From contig OZ281499.1 in NCBI GenBank assembly GCA_965637545.1, positions 24,056,001-24,120,000 of the forward strand: a stretch of 64,000 bases of DNA, in the 5' to 3' direction. The position numbers and the translations under genes are program-made. The notes under the pieces were generated by a model. That model did not search any database and was not told the DNA's origin. It saw only the letters and a program-made list of their open reading frames with translations. The stretch is from Phallusia mammillata (Eukaryota). Shown here in pieces: positions 39,725 to 52,086 of this stretch (positions are counted from its first letter, which is position 1; every line of letters begins with the position of its first letter).

Positions 39725-41962
39725 ATGAACAACAACTCAACAAACAACGGGACTTTGACTCAACACAACCATGAATTTGTGATGTCGAAATTTGTCACAA
39801 AGCAAATTATTTGGGCGATCCATACAATCTTGTCGTTATATCTGTTCGCTGTTCTGGTTCTGTTTGAAAAACGGAGACGATCCTTCGTCGAAAGCACTCC
39901 TTATCGCAGCAGAAGAGATAGAAAACGCTCCAGAAATTCATCAGGCAGCAAATCAGCGCAGAAAAACTTTTGGTTGAATATTTTCGGCGAAAACCCTATG
40001 TGCATTCTCACGATGACAGCGGTTTTGCTCCGTTGCGCCCTCTTGCAATTGGAATTCAATGTAGGAATCCAGTCTGGGTTTCTGTGTAAAATTTTCTCAG
40101 TCATCTACACTTTGCTGGGCCTGGTCAGCAATTTCGGAATTTACATGTTACTTTGGGCTCGCCAATGGGGACTGTACAACAGTAAGCCTCTTAAAGTGTT
40201 GCTGACTTCCCGTACAAAAGCAGTCAGTATCGCAATATTGATCGGAATGTTAGTGGAGATGATTGCGCTTGGTATACTGTTTATATTAGGATACAATGTC
40301 TCCGTTTCAACACCCAGTGGATGCGTTTACCATGACTTGCCTTCTGGAAAAACAATTATTAATATTACACTTGGAGTTACAGTGACAGGTGCACTGTTCT
40401 TTCAGTTGTCGCTGTTGGCTTTGACCATTTACCCCTTAAGTAAGCAGTACGACACCTTGTGGTGTTGTTGCCACAAGAAGATAACCCCCGGTTGCGCTGC
40501 TTACTCGTTAAAGCGAGTTCAGGTAAGAAAAGCTGTGTTTGATAGGGCAGGAACTTCTCCGAATGGTCCGGCGCGCCTGACCCACGTACAAACATAAAAA
40601 AAACTAATCGGGATTCGTCCCCGGGAGTATGAAAATAATCCGTTTGTTTTGTGTTTGTTTTTTGTTTTTTAACAGGTTTCAAACGCAGGTCCCTGGAAGG
40701 AATCCCGATCAAGTTTTTAATGTATACGTGTGGGTCAGGCGCGCCGGATCGTTCGGCTAAAAATACTGTGTTTTTGTAAATTCTGTTTGATCTTTTTAAG
40801 CAAATATTAAAAATTAGAACTTCCACACAACATGTATTCTTTTTTATACAGCTTCGCAAACACTTTTTTTTTGTTAAACACAAAAATTTGTGTTAGGTAC
40901 CCCGAGTACGTAAACATAAAGTCAGTTGTTTGATTTGCTTTCATACTGAAATACTAAATTACACTTCAATTTTATAAAAGCAACTTTTATTTGTTTGACT
41001 AACATATAGGGATCACCATGTTGGCACAAAAGGTCACTGTCCATCACTCAAAATTTTCATATTTTCCTGCTGTTTGCGTTACTCTCCTGTGCAAAAAACA
41101 AAACAAAATCACACTGTTGCACCTTGTATACTGGTCAGATATTTTTTTTACAACTTTTCCATTTTATATATTTCCAGAAAGTCATTCGGCGCATCTCAAT
41201 CAGCTGTGCAGTGTGCATTTTCACCGACTTGATTTTCGGAGCAGCTACGGGTGTTCACACGGCAGTGGTAAATTACCGGACTGCCTACCTACTGATGTTT
41301 TACAACGTGAGCGTAACGGTCAATGTCATTGCGGTCATTGGATCTTTCAACGACTGGAAAAGCCGCCTGTTGCCAACTGCATTGCACTCGAGCACCTCTA
41401 GTGTACAATCTGTGTCAGGTTATACTAGCGAACAAGGAACAACCGAAAGAGCCACTGCCGAAACTCCGATACGAACACAAGATAGTAAGTCACATGCTAT
41501 GTTTTCTTGAGATCAATTTAGGCACAAACCAAGCCCGTTTTATTGAAACCTGACCATAAACCGGATTTGAAAAACTCGATCCAACTTACAACTTTGATTT
41601 TTTGCTTGGAAAAAAGGACTACCTTAAAAGCTTCAATGCTTGAATTTGTAATGAATAGGAATTTTACGTTATAGAGCAGATTTGTAAAAAAACGATGGCT
41701 AATTATTCACATGTTATTAAAAATGCTTTTCTTTGAAACAAACCGAAATACCGGTCGAAACATCGGGCTTGAAATAATTCAAAAAAACACCGATAACAAT
41801 ATTTTGTGTAAATACGCGAAATGTTTATTGACGATTCAAATCGTCATTTTATAATCTATTTTAGAACGACCTACTACAAAAGTTGCCATGACAGCCAAGC
41901 AACTCGTGGATCTTGGGGAACGACAAATCTCATTACACGGGCAATCTTGTGTGACAGTTTGA
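39725..41962 (+). CDS. Orphan seven-transmembrane (GPCR-like) protein, paralogue 2, 400 aa
   Basis: Exons 39725-40522, 41178-41484, 41865-41962. Same intron positions and phases as paralogue 1 and the same 307-nt exon 2; ends ...GQSCVTV*. Confidence 0.8.
40559..40756. mobile_element. Fold-back MITE with about 60-bp imperfect TIRs in intron 1 of 7TM paralogue 2
   Basis: CCGAATGGTCCGGCGCGCCTGACCCACGTA...ATCGGGATTC is mirrored by GAATCCCGATC...TACGTGTGGGTCAGGCGCGCCGGATCGTTCGG. No clear TSD; superfamily unassigned. Confidence 0.7.
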
Positions 41963-42303
41963 ATCATACATTTCGTAGAGTTGACTTTCGGAACCGTTAC
42001 TCTATCTATGACATTTGACTTTATTCGTTGTAAATAAATCTTTCCGCTTCAAATAGTCTATAACGTTGACATAGTATTGTGTTTTCATTCTTATTGACTG
42101 TACAAATTATGCAATAAATTTAGAGCTCATGGGTATAGGTGTGTTCGCCTGAATTGGCAATAAATTGAGCTTTACCTTAAGAAAACCCAGATCAACATAT
42201 TGTTGCAATGCAGAATCCAAGTCTTATTTTTTTCCATTCAACATAATCTAGCAGCACACGATGCTTTATTACATAACACTGATCGCAATACTAGACAAGA
42301 AAT

Positions 42304-45300
42304 TCAGTAAAAATCCGGTTTCAGCCTCCACCGCGTACCAGTTTCGCTTTTCAGCTTCTCGCAAACTCTGAGTAACATCGCCTTGAACTTGGGCGCCTGC
42401 TTGACCTCGACGTGACCTTTGAACTTTGACATTAACTCGTCGGTCGTTGCCTCGCCCTGAACACATATGATGTCACACATGGGTAACAACACTCATAAGG
42501 AACAACAAGAAAAGCAATTTTTGTATGGGTTGTATGACGTCACCAAAACGTCATTGATGGCGTTTTCATTAGTTGAGTTTGATTTAAAAATCTTACGTGA
42601 CACTCTTGTATAAGAAATTGGACGATTTCGCGTAGAAGTTTGTCATCAATCGAAATATCCTCATCTAAAAAATAAAGTAAGGGTTACAACAAAACATAAC
42701 ATTTGTTAAAAGATTCGGTATTAAAATCTAAATTTTACCATCACTGGGAAGAAGATGCAGATTTTCATCCTCATCCGATTCACTGTCCTCCGCAGCATCC
42801 TTATCTTCTTTATGTGTCCTCATCATAATCTGTTTGAGGATGTTCGAAGAAGATGTTCCCGCACCTGAGTAGCAACGATTTTTACAATTTAACCTTCTAC
42901 AACCCAACGAAGACTGTTGATGACGTCAATACTTGTCTGACGTCATTGATCAGGAAAGGCATGCCCCAAATATAAAATAAATGCCGAATTTTTGCAAACA
43001 CTTTTGATGTCATAAATAGTAAAGAGGGCGCCTAAAGTTATGAAGTAAATGAGAAGTGTTTACAAAGTCAAATCTCTGCGGATGTTCAAAGTAGAATACC
43101 GAATCCTTTGGATCCAGTCAGATTCGAAACCAAATTTGCCGTTTACTTTGGGTAATTGCAACCGATATAAATTTGTGCTCGGGCGGTTTGTAAAAGAAAT
43201 TCTGGATTCGAAATAACTATTCTAGAATCCCCAATTGTGCTACTCCCTTTAAATCAGGGGCCGCGATCCCTTTAAATCAGTGATTCCCAAACTTTTTCAT
43301 TATTTAGTCAAAACGGTCCCTTTGCCATTATTTCGAGGGCTCGCGGTCCTTAAGCTGGAATGTGTATTTCAAAAAAACGAAAGTTGATTGCAGGATTTTC
43401 GCTATGCAAAATTGCGCATAATAATGATCTAAACACTATTGTTTAGCAAATGGAGACAGTCGATTTCTCAATTCTGTTGATTTAAACTTATTCAGTGGCA
43501 CAAACTGACGCTAAATAAGATTATAGAATTACTTTACCCGCTTCGCGGTCCCCCCAAAATTGCCTCACGGACCCCAGTTTGGGAACCGCTGCTTTAAATC
43601 TAACATGACACACAGAAATCATACCAGGATTTCCGAACACATTTCCAGCGCCCATCGGTGTTTCATCCTCAGAAGATTCGTCTTTTGTTTCAACGATTTT
43701 CTTCTTCTCAGGTTGTTTCTTTCCGAATCGCGGTCTACGAAATAACACAACTTTATTAAAAGATCATGATGTATTATGGTAGCTTGTTTAGAAGCCCTTC
43801 ATCTTCCACAGGTTAAGCTTTGCATTTATAGTTTTAGGTAAAGGTAAATATATTTCGCCTAAATGTTTCCTAAATCCTTATTCAAATAGAATCTGTTAAC
43901 AAAACAATGTTGAGGTAACGGAATAACTAACTTTTGAGCAGGTTTGGACCCAGGGTATCTGTAATGCTTTCTTGACAACTTGAGGTTTTTAATAGCTTCT
44001 TTGGCCACTCTGTTAGCCTCAGACTCGACTAAGGCATAATCTGGCGTTGAACTGTTCATTATTGTGCTGTGCTCCATCGCAGTGTGAACACCTAGAGCAA
44101 AATAAAGTATTAGATTAAAAACTGTCTTCAAATAAATAACGCAAATACAGACGAACACTAGACTTTAACATCGACATTCAAACTTTCTACATTTTAGCAT
44201 GGAACAAAACACACAAATAATATAAATAGTTGTTGAACTACATCAAAGATGAATCCATTTGAGCTACCTTTTTTAAACAACTTTGTCAACACGTATTCAT
44301 CCGAATTCTTTCTAGAAGTTTCTTCTTCCGAACGCGGCTTGTAACGCGATTTCTTTGTGACGTAATCAATCACTTCACCCTCAACATCTGTGAAAAGGAA
44401 AAGTTAATTCAGATACAAATTGCACAACAATAAGAAAACGTTCTTGATTTAATGAATTTAATTGTGGAAGAAAAAGCTTAAAAATCTTAATCTTTTACCG
44501 TAGAGCTTCCGGTTCCGGTTCCGGTTCCCACGCTTCTTCCTGTCGCTTGTGACGTCATGTGCAGAGTTCTGTTTCGATTCCTGAAACTTCCTTAAAACTT
44601 TTAGAAAGGATTCCTTGATCTTTTTGGATCCGCCCGAATCGACATCAACGTCATGCGACGGCGGTGTGACGTCACAATCTCTATTGTCGGATTGTTGGGA
44701 ATGTGTGACGTCACAATAAATATTCTGCATAGAGTCCGTCGTACTGTTCGACAAATCGTCAACGCGCGATTCAGCTTGCGTGATGACGTCATTACTAGCA
44801 GCGCGGGTGACGTCATCATTCGTGATGTCACTATGAGTAGTTGTGCTTGAGGTATGCGGTTCAGAATATTGCATTACTTCGTTATTTGAGGAATTTGGGT
44901 CAGTTTGGTCGTGGACGTTATCCACATATTTGGCAACGGAATCAACGTTTTCAGTGACATCTTTATGTCGTTGGGCGCGTTCCAGGGCTCGCTTCGCTTT
45001 CATCTTGGCCTTCAACTTTCGCAGTTTGATTTCGGAACCGGTGCCAGCGAATATTGAAGCAGTTTCTGTCATAGTTTTCGATCCATCCCTGGGCTGGTGC
45101 TGCAGGGTAAAAAGTTCGTGCATGTCGTTGGTCTTGAAGAAACGACGCTGTTTTGGATCTTTCAGGACTCGATTTGACATAAACTGCTTGAAGATTTGCC
45201 TGTAAGTAAATTGAAATACACGTTAACAGTGTTGCGTTAAAAGCTTTTTTATAAAGGTGTGTTCACTACTTCATAACACGATTCGGAATTGGTATTAGTA

Positions 45301-48300
45301 GCTTAAAAAGAACTCCCTTTTATCTTTATTTCAAAGTGATTTAAGTGAATGTAAACAATTGTAACTGATGTAACCCTTCGTATCACTGATGATGGCATTT
45401 AAGCATTTGCCGTTTGCAAAAATAAAGCTTGTCGCGTTTTCCGTCTATTTGGACCGTTATTTTCACCATTAGCTTAAAAAGCGTTAAGCATAAATGTTCT
45501 ATGTACGTCCAGTTTATGAAGTAATAAGATATAAATAAGATTTTTTTAGAAAGGTCCAAGAACGGTTTGCATATAAAAAACAACTTATCACATTTTACTA
45601 AACTCAGGTCCATGAAAACTTTACAAAAATCAACACATCACAAGTAATTGCAAAAGCAGACAAAGACCCCAAACAACACCACTAATGGAGACAAAATACA
45701 AGTGACCTGTGGTAAATTTTCTCTTCAATTGTTCCAGTTGTGATTAGCCGGTATATAGTAACCTCTTTATCCTGGCCAATTCTCCAAGATCTTTCCTGAG
45801 CTTGTGCATCAGTGCTTGGGTTCCAGTCAGGGTCAAATATAACAACTCTATGCCACACAAACAATGTTTGATTAATCAATATTCTGCATGGCATACTGAG
45901 CTTACACAACAATTGTTGAACATACCTATCAGCCCCTACAAGATTGACCCCAAGTCCACCCACTCTTGTTGTGAGGATAAAAACAAATATAGAAGGATCC
46001 TGAGGAACAGAACCATGTTAAGGGCAACTTACTTACTGACAGTGGCGGGATTCAACCAGTTCACAACGGTTCCATAGAACCGCCTCACTTAATTTTATGA
46101 GATCAGCGAACCGGTTAGCATTACAGGTTACTGTCAATGGACTTTTTGTAACAGGACCGGCTGAACAAAATATGACTTTTGTGAAAGAACCGGCTGGCAA
46201 AAAAAATTAAATTCCACCACTGCTTACAGACATGTGTAAATTATGTAATGTATATACTTACCTCGTTGAATGCTTTTACTAAAGGTTGCCTTGATGACAC
46301 AGTAGTACCGCCGTGCATTGTCATGTAAGAGTATTTACGAAGTTTTACAAAATCTTCAAGCACATTGAGCATCTGTGAACAAAAATGTTTGTCACCTTTA
46401 AAAAAACAAAACATAAAAATAATGCCGGGTGTTGTAAAATTTAAAATTTAGTTAATCTTTTTTCTGCTGTAAAATTTAATGTTCTGCTGTTTTTTTTGTA
46501 ATAGGAGCGTAAGTACAACACATTATAAAAGTAAAAGACTAAAACAGCTTTAAACATTTACCAATTTGCTTTGTGTGAACAACAGAACTTTCTTGTTTTG
46601 TTTTTTCCAAATTCGCAGCAAAGAATCAATGACAATCATCTTTCCCGACTTTTTCCAAAACCCAAACCTTCTTTCACTGTCCAGGGGGGGTTCTTGCTCC
46701 CCCACCAGCAACTTTGTCCCTCCGGTGTACAAGTCAGGATGGTTACAGATTTTACGCAGTTGTATAAGTCCGACAAAAATCTTAAATCAAAGAAAACATG
46801 ATAAGCAATAGCTTTGACAAGCCATAAATATAACAGTTTGGTAATAACATGAGCTTCGGTAAACGTTATACGCCAGGGGTTGGCAACTTTTTAAAAGGCA
46901 CATGCCAAATTACTTGTAGTGTCAAAATAACAATGCGTTTACATAACACAATTTATGGATGTTCTATTTATGGAAGCATGGTATATCTAACTACATGTTA
47001 AACAATAAATATATACTTTTAAACAGATGTCCCTATGCCAACAAATTATTGGTGGCTTTTACACCACTAAACTATGTTTAATCACTCTGTTTGTTTCATG
47101 AGAAATTCTTTTTACAAAACATGTCATTGTCTTGTATCATATGTCGAAACGCCAACCATTAAAGCTTAGTTTGTAGTAAGGTATCAACAAAATTTTGATC
47201 TTAGTACTATACCTTAACTACCTTTGAAAAATCTTACCTTCATGTTTCTGCATAGAATAGAGTAAACAGTTTCAGAATCAAGATATTTTTTGTAAATTTC
47301 CACTTGTTCATCGGTTAAAGAACAAAACAAGACATGATCATTTTTCTTTGGTAAATTTATGTGGCATTGGACATCAACTTTCATTCTTCGAAGCAAGTAT
47401 GGCGCGATGGTGTCTCGAAGAACACAAGCACATTTGTAGGCAGTTTGAACCTGTAGTTAAAGTTGTTAGAAGAAAACATATATGCAATAAAGGTGTTATC
47501 TAGTTTTATTTGGCCAAAACATCATCACATTCTATCTTAAAAATGAAAAATTACATCAGCATTGCATATTTTCGGTTGAAAGTGAAGAGGGGTTTGAAAT
47601 CAACAAACTTTTAAGGGGATAGTGCAGCAGTACAGGAAAATGTAAGAAACACTTCTATAAACCCGGTAAAAATTCCTGGTAAACAGAACATGTACCCAGT
47701 TGTACAAACAAATACATGGTTAACTTACTTTGGTCATTAAAAGGGCCTGTAATTTCTAAAAATCACCTGCACTTCTGTGGCATTCGCATAACCTCCTTGG
47801 ACAATAGGGACTGAAAATTGTTCCATAAAACATTGCAAAGTACCAAGTTTGCCAGGAAATATGAAATCGAACAAAGACCAAAGTTCTCGGAGGTGATTTT
47901 GAATCGGAGATCCCGAGAGGATGATTCGATGAGGTGTCTGAAACTATAACACAAGCTGTTAGTTATATTTGTTCACACAAGATTTGCATACAATGTTATT
48001 CACACTTTAGCTATTGACATTAGCAAAATATTTTTAGAGGGCCTTATAGCTTTTCCCCCAGATGTTAACTGAAGATATCACTTAGTGTGTATTCTACACT
48101 TCGTTTATCATGTATTCTTTCAACATAACTTATTCTTAAAAAATGTAGGTAAAGAATTACAAAAAACATTTGTTCCTGCAATTACCTTTGAAAACCCTAG
48201 CTTATATCTTAAAATGCAAACATTTTATCCTTTGCATGCAAAATGTTTACACTTTTTAAATGCCCTGAAATTTCAGGAGTCACAAAACACTATACAAGTG

Positions 48301-51300
48301 TAATTGTGTCTTTACCATTTTGACTGCATGTGTGATAGCAGCCTCTGGGTTTCGTATTTTATGTCCTTCATCCAGAACAACATAATGCCAGTTTTGGGTC
48401 AACAGAGCATCAAGACTTATTCTCATTCTTTCATAAGAAGTGATCAGAACTCCACGAGAAAGAGCAATGTTGTGAATTAGATCAGCCTAAATCATAAAGA
48501 TAATGCTGACAAACTAAGCTTATTGTCAATTTCATTTTAGTTTGAACTGGCAACAACAAACTAAGGCAAAAGTTTGGCACATTTATATCAGTTGCCATTG
48601 TTATTTACCACATGCACAACTTGGCATAAAAAGCACCTAAACTCATATTATATAAGTGTAAAGGCAAATACGTTAAATTTTGAGTGACTTCTTAAGAGCA
48701 TATTGAATTTACAGTGGACACATAACTTTACCAGGTGGGGGAAATTCCACTTACTTTGGCTCCTTTGTAGCTCCCTGAATTGTGAAGTACAGCAACTCGC
48801 AACAATGGCGCCCACAAGTGTATTTCACGGACCCACTGATGCATAACAGTGGTAGGAGAGACTATTAAAACTGGTCCAAGGCCATCGTAACTATAACACA
48901 AATCATTTTTTTGCACGACCCGTTTGAACCGACCACAATCTTCCATACGTTACCAAAAACTGTATGTGCTTAACAATTCTAATTATCTTACCTAAATGAA
49001 CTATCTCGGTCACGAATTTTCGAATTACGCAGAGCATCAAGGAATGCAATAACTTGAATTGTTTTTCCAAGACCCATCTCATCACCCAGAATGCCACCAG
49101 CTTGTTGGCTGTGTAGCTCCCAAAGCCACTTTACACCTGTTTGTTGATATCTACAAACAAAGCGAAGTACATGACTTTAAACTGTATCAAATTAAGATTG
49201 ACATTAAAATGCCACAAGTTTGTTTGATCACTGTAGAATGTTATCAAGCAATGAAACATTTAATATACATCTCACTTAAGGATGTAGAACTAATTTACTA
49301 ATCCAACTATAACTGTAACTCTTTCAACCTTACTTGTAAAGTTTTTTCCAGACTTTTCCTGTGACCTTTAACCCCCCTTCCAAATGTTTATTATCAGGTT
49401 GTACAAAAACATCTGCCTCTTCTCGGAGTAACGTTTGTTTGTATCGAATAATTCGTTTTTTGTACATTTTGGGGTTGGCATCATCACACACTTTTCTTCT
49501 CAAAAAAATGATTGTTTAGTACACAATTCAGGTTTTTAAATCCTAATCAAAAACAAACAAGCTAATACATTTGTGTAGAACATAACGTTTCTACAGCAAC
49601 ATGTGCCATTATTAGAATATATTGGCTTGTTTGTTTCTGGTCATAGTTGTTTTGCTTGAAGCAAAATGTTTTAATATTGTACCTTCCAGAATGTGCAATG
49701 TGTTTTCTTCCAGTGTGTTTATGAGATTTTTCTTTCTCAATTTCCCTCTCTAGTTCATATTCATCAGAATCTGTGAGCAATACAAATTAAAATTTTAATA
49801 TTGCTGCTTCAAAACAGTGGTCAACAACTGCCGGGCCATGGCCCAGTGTCTGTCTGCGAGGAGTTCGTTACAGGACTGTATACTGCTTCAGGTTAAATGC
49901 TCTGAAATACTTTGCCCATGCATCCAGGGATGATAAACCAATTTTTGAGTTTTTAATGCTGAATATTTGTAGTTTTTGAAGGCCGGGCCCTAATGAAATT
50001 TCAGGTTCAAAACCAGTCTGCAGTGCTAAAAAGGTTGCCAACCCCTGCTTTAAAATATACCAAAACAAAGTGATTTGAATTTTTAAGCTGGGTGGCTTTA
50101 TAATATATAGCTACTAATTAAAAACACAAACCTTCAATTCCAACTTCATCTGAAGATGGAACTTTATAATCTTCATCAGATTCAGATTGTTTTCTTCTAT
50201 GTTTAGTTATGCTGTTATCAACGTTGACAGGAGGCACAAACTGGGCTTTGCGTTTTTGAACTGGAGAATTACTCTTTGGACAAGATCTTTCATTCAACGT
50301 TTCATCAATAGAAACTTGTTCCTTCTGCTTGTGATTTGCTGTACCCAGCAACCCGGACGACAAAAAACTTCCAAAGGCATCGTCGAGTTTTACAGCTGGT
50401 TTCAACTTGGCTGGGGTAGTTTTTAATGGTATTGCAGTTTGCAGTGAAAAAGGTGTTGCTAGTCCTTTTTTAATAAGCTCCTTCCTTTGTTTTAGGCTTT
50501 TAGCAGTTGAGAGTGTTGATTTGTCTGCAAAATTGGAAAACAGATCTCAATGTAATGCAATGTTAGACTTAAAAAGAAAATTTGGACTTTATAGGCCCAA
50601 CAATTTTTACACATACCATAAGTAACAGGGGGTCGTGGATGAGAGTGGTTTGATGTTGAATGACCTTAAATCAGAAAAATATTCAGATTAGATATTCAGA
50701 TAAATCCTTTATAACACTATACATGAATCCAATCCATTCAGTTGGACATTACACAAATATTTAAGTAGGTTAGACGTTAACTTTATAGGTGACATGCTTC
50801 AGTCACTAAGTGTTTTATTAATGATTGCTAATATCATCCTCAGTAAAAGAAAGTCTTTACGCCAACAAGTTTTCTAAACATAAATCTTTTTATGTCTACC
50901 CAGATTTGTACAGATGATATTTCACAAATAAAAACCTCAAAAACACATTTACCTGACGTCACATCAGCCAACTTGTGGTTTAGCTTCAGTAGCTTTGTAT
51001 TGAGAGAGCCAAGCTGTGTTTTATATTTTTCTTGTTGGATTTTTAAAACATTAATTTTGTGGGAATTCGAAACAGCTTGAGATTTATCAGTAAAAAATTT
51101 AAGAGCCGATTCATTCTGACGCAAAAGCGATTGTACAGATCTGAAATATATAACACACAAAAATTAGGAATTATTAATCTAATGTGTAAGTCATGCTAAA
51201 AAAATGTACCCAATTTGTTTTGTCACTTCATTTGTCTTTTTTTCAAGTTCCCTTTCCTCTTTTTCTTGAATGTTTCTGTTAATTGTTTCGATTACATCTG

Positions 51301-51535
51301 TAAAAATAAAAAACCACATGATTGTTGCTAGTTTATATCAAAATTTGCAATAATACGATATTTTGTTGTAGGTTTTTGCATATAACTATGTAAACACACT
51401 AGGTTAACAAATTGGACACTGGATTAACACTTTTTTTCCAAAAACAAAACAATACCCACCTTTTTCCAAAGTCTCTGCATTATAAACATTTACACCTTCA
51501 ATCTGCAGAACCGATTCTTCATTTATATCCGCCAT
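42304..51535 (-). CDS. ERCC6: DNA excision repair protein ERCC-6 (CSB), SNF2-family ATPase, more than 20 exons
   Basis: First exon 51535-51460 ([25 protein letters not shown]). Recognised blocks: [145 protein letters not shown], and a winged-helix C-terminus ...RWRLKPDFY* (last exon 42456-42304). Confidence 0.96.
43278..43591. mobile_element. Non-autonomous hAT MITE in an ERCC6 intron
   Basis: TIRs CAGTGATTCCCAAACT / AGTTTGGGAACCGCTG; perfect TSD CTTTAAAT (43270-43277 / 43592-43599). Confidence 0.9.
46040..46222. mobile_element. Non-autonomous hAT MITE (183 bp) in an ERCC6 intron
   Basis: TIRs CAGTGGCGGGATTCA / TAAATTCCACCACTG; TSD CTTACTGA / CTTACAGA; internal GAACCGG repeats. Confidence 0.85.
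46874..47060 (+). mobile_element. Truncated hAT MITE (left end only)
   Basis: Starts CAGGGGTTGGCAACTTTTT. No matching right TIR nearby; end approximate. Confidence 0.45.
49815..50047. mobile_element. Non-autonomous hAT MITE in an ERCC6 intron
   Basis: Ends CAGTGGTCAACAAC and GTTGCCAACCCCTG; TSD CTTCAAAA / CTTTAAAA. Confidence 0.75.
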
Positions 51536-52086
51536 TTTCGCCCGCCTTATCGGGAAAACATTGCATATGGATTATGAACTAACTAAACGATGTTGATAGC
51601 TTATTTCGCTTTTGAATCGACTCAACAACTGGGAGTCTGGGAGTAAAAAAATCCCCATCAGCTGTTTCTGTCCGATCGCGCAACTCTATGACGTTATAAA
51701 CACTTTTACTATTTCTATCAACAAAATAATTAAGATATGTCAAATCTTACCAAGTGTAGAAATTTGTTTGACAGCCAAAAAAATTGAGTAGAATTTTTAC
51801 TGTTTTTTTTATAAGAAATGTATATTAAAGATTATGCATGAAAACATTTCTATGCGCAAAAAAAGGAAGAAATGCAATTTGCGCGGCAAACTTAAGCGCC
51901 AAAGTATCAACATCAATATTTCTCGTTTTTTGTTTACAAACTTGCACACGCATGGTGCAATATTGCAATCCCTTTGTACTGTCTGTAGAGTGTAGACAAA
52001 CACTTAGAAAGGAAAAAAAGAATTCTTATCTGTTCTTGTGGTGAAACCCTGTCGCAGCATTCAGTTCAGCATCTTGCGCAAAATTA
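51536..52086. promoter_or_regulatory. Probable bidirectional promoter between ERCC6 and the orphan + gene
   Basis: Head-to-head genes about 0.55 kb apart; inferred from layout only. Confidence 0.5.

Noticed and set aside
44510-44530. (CCGGTT)3 microrepeat encoding RNRNRN
   Set aside because: Short coding microsatellite in a low-complexity linker; unremarkable.
46874-50047. Facing CAGGGGTTGGCAAC ends as one 3.2-kb element capturing ERCC6 exons
   Set aside because: The right end pairs with 49815 through a matching TSD, and the flanks of the two distant ends do not match.
42304-51535. piggyBac fusion like primate CSB-PGBD3
   Set aside because: No transposase ORF or TTAA-flanked piggyBac ends seen in any ERCC6 intron; only short MITEs.
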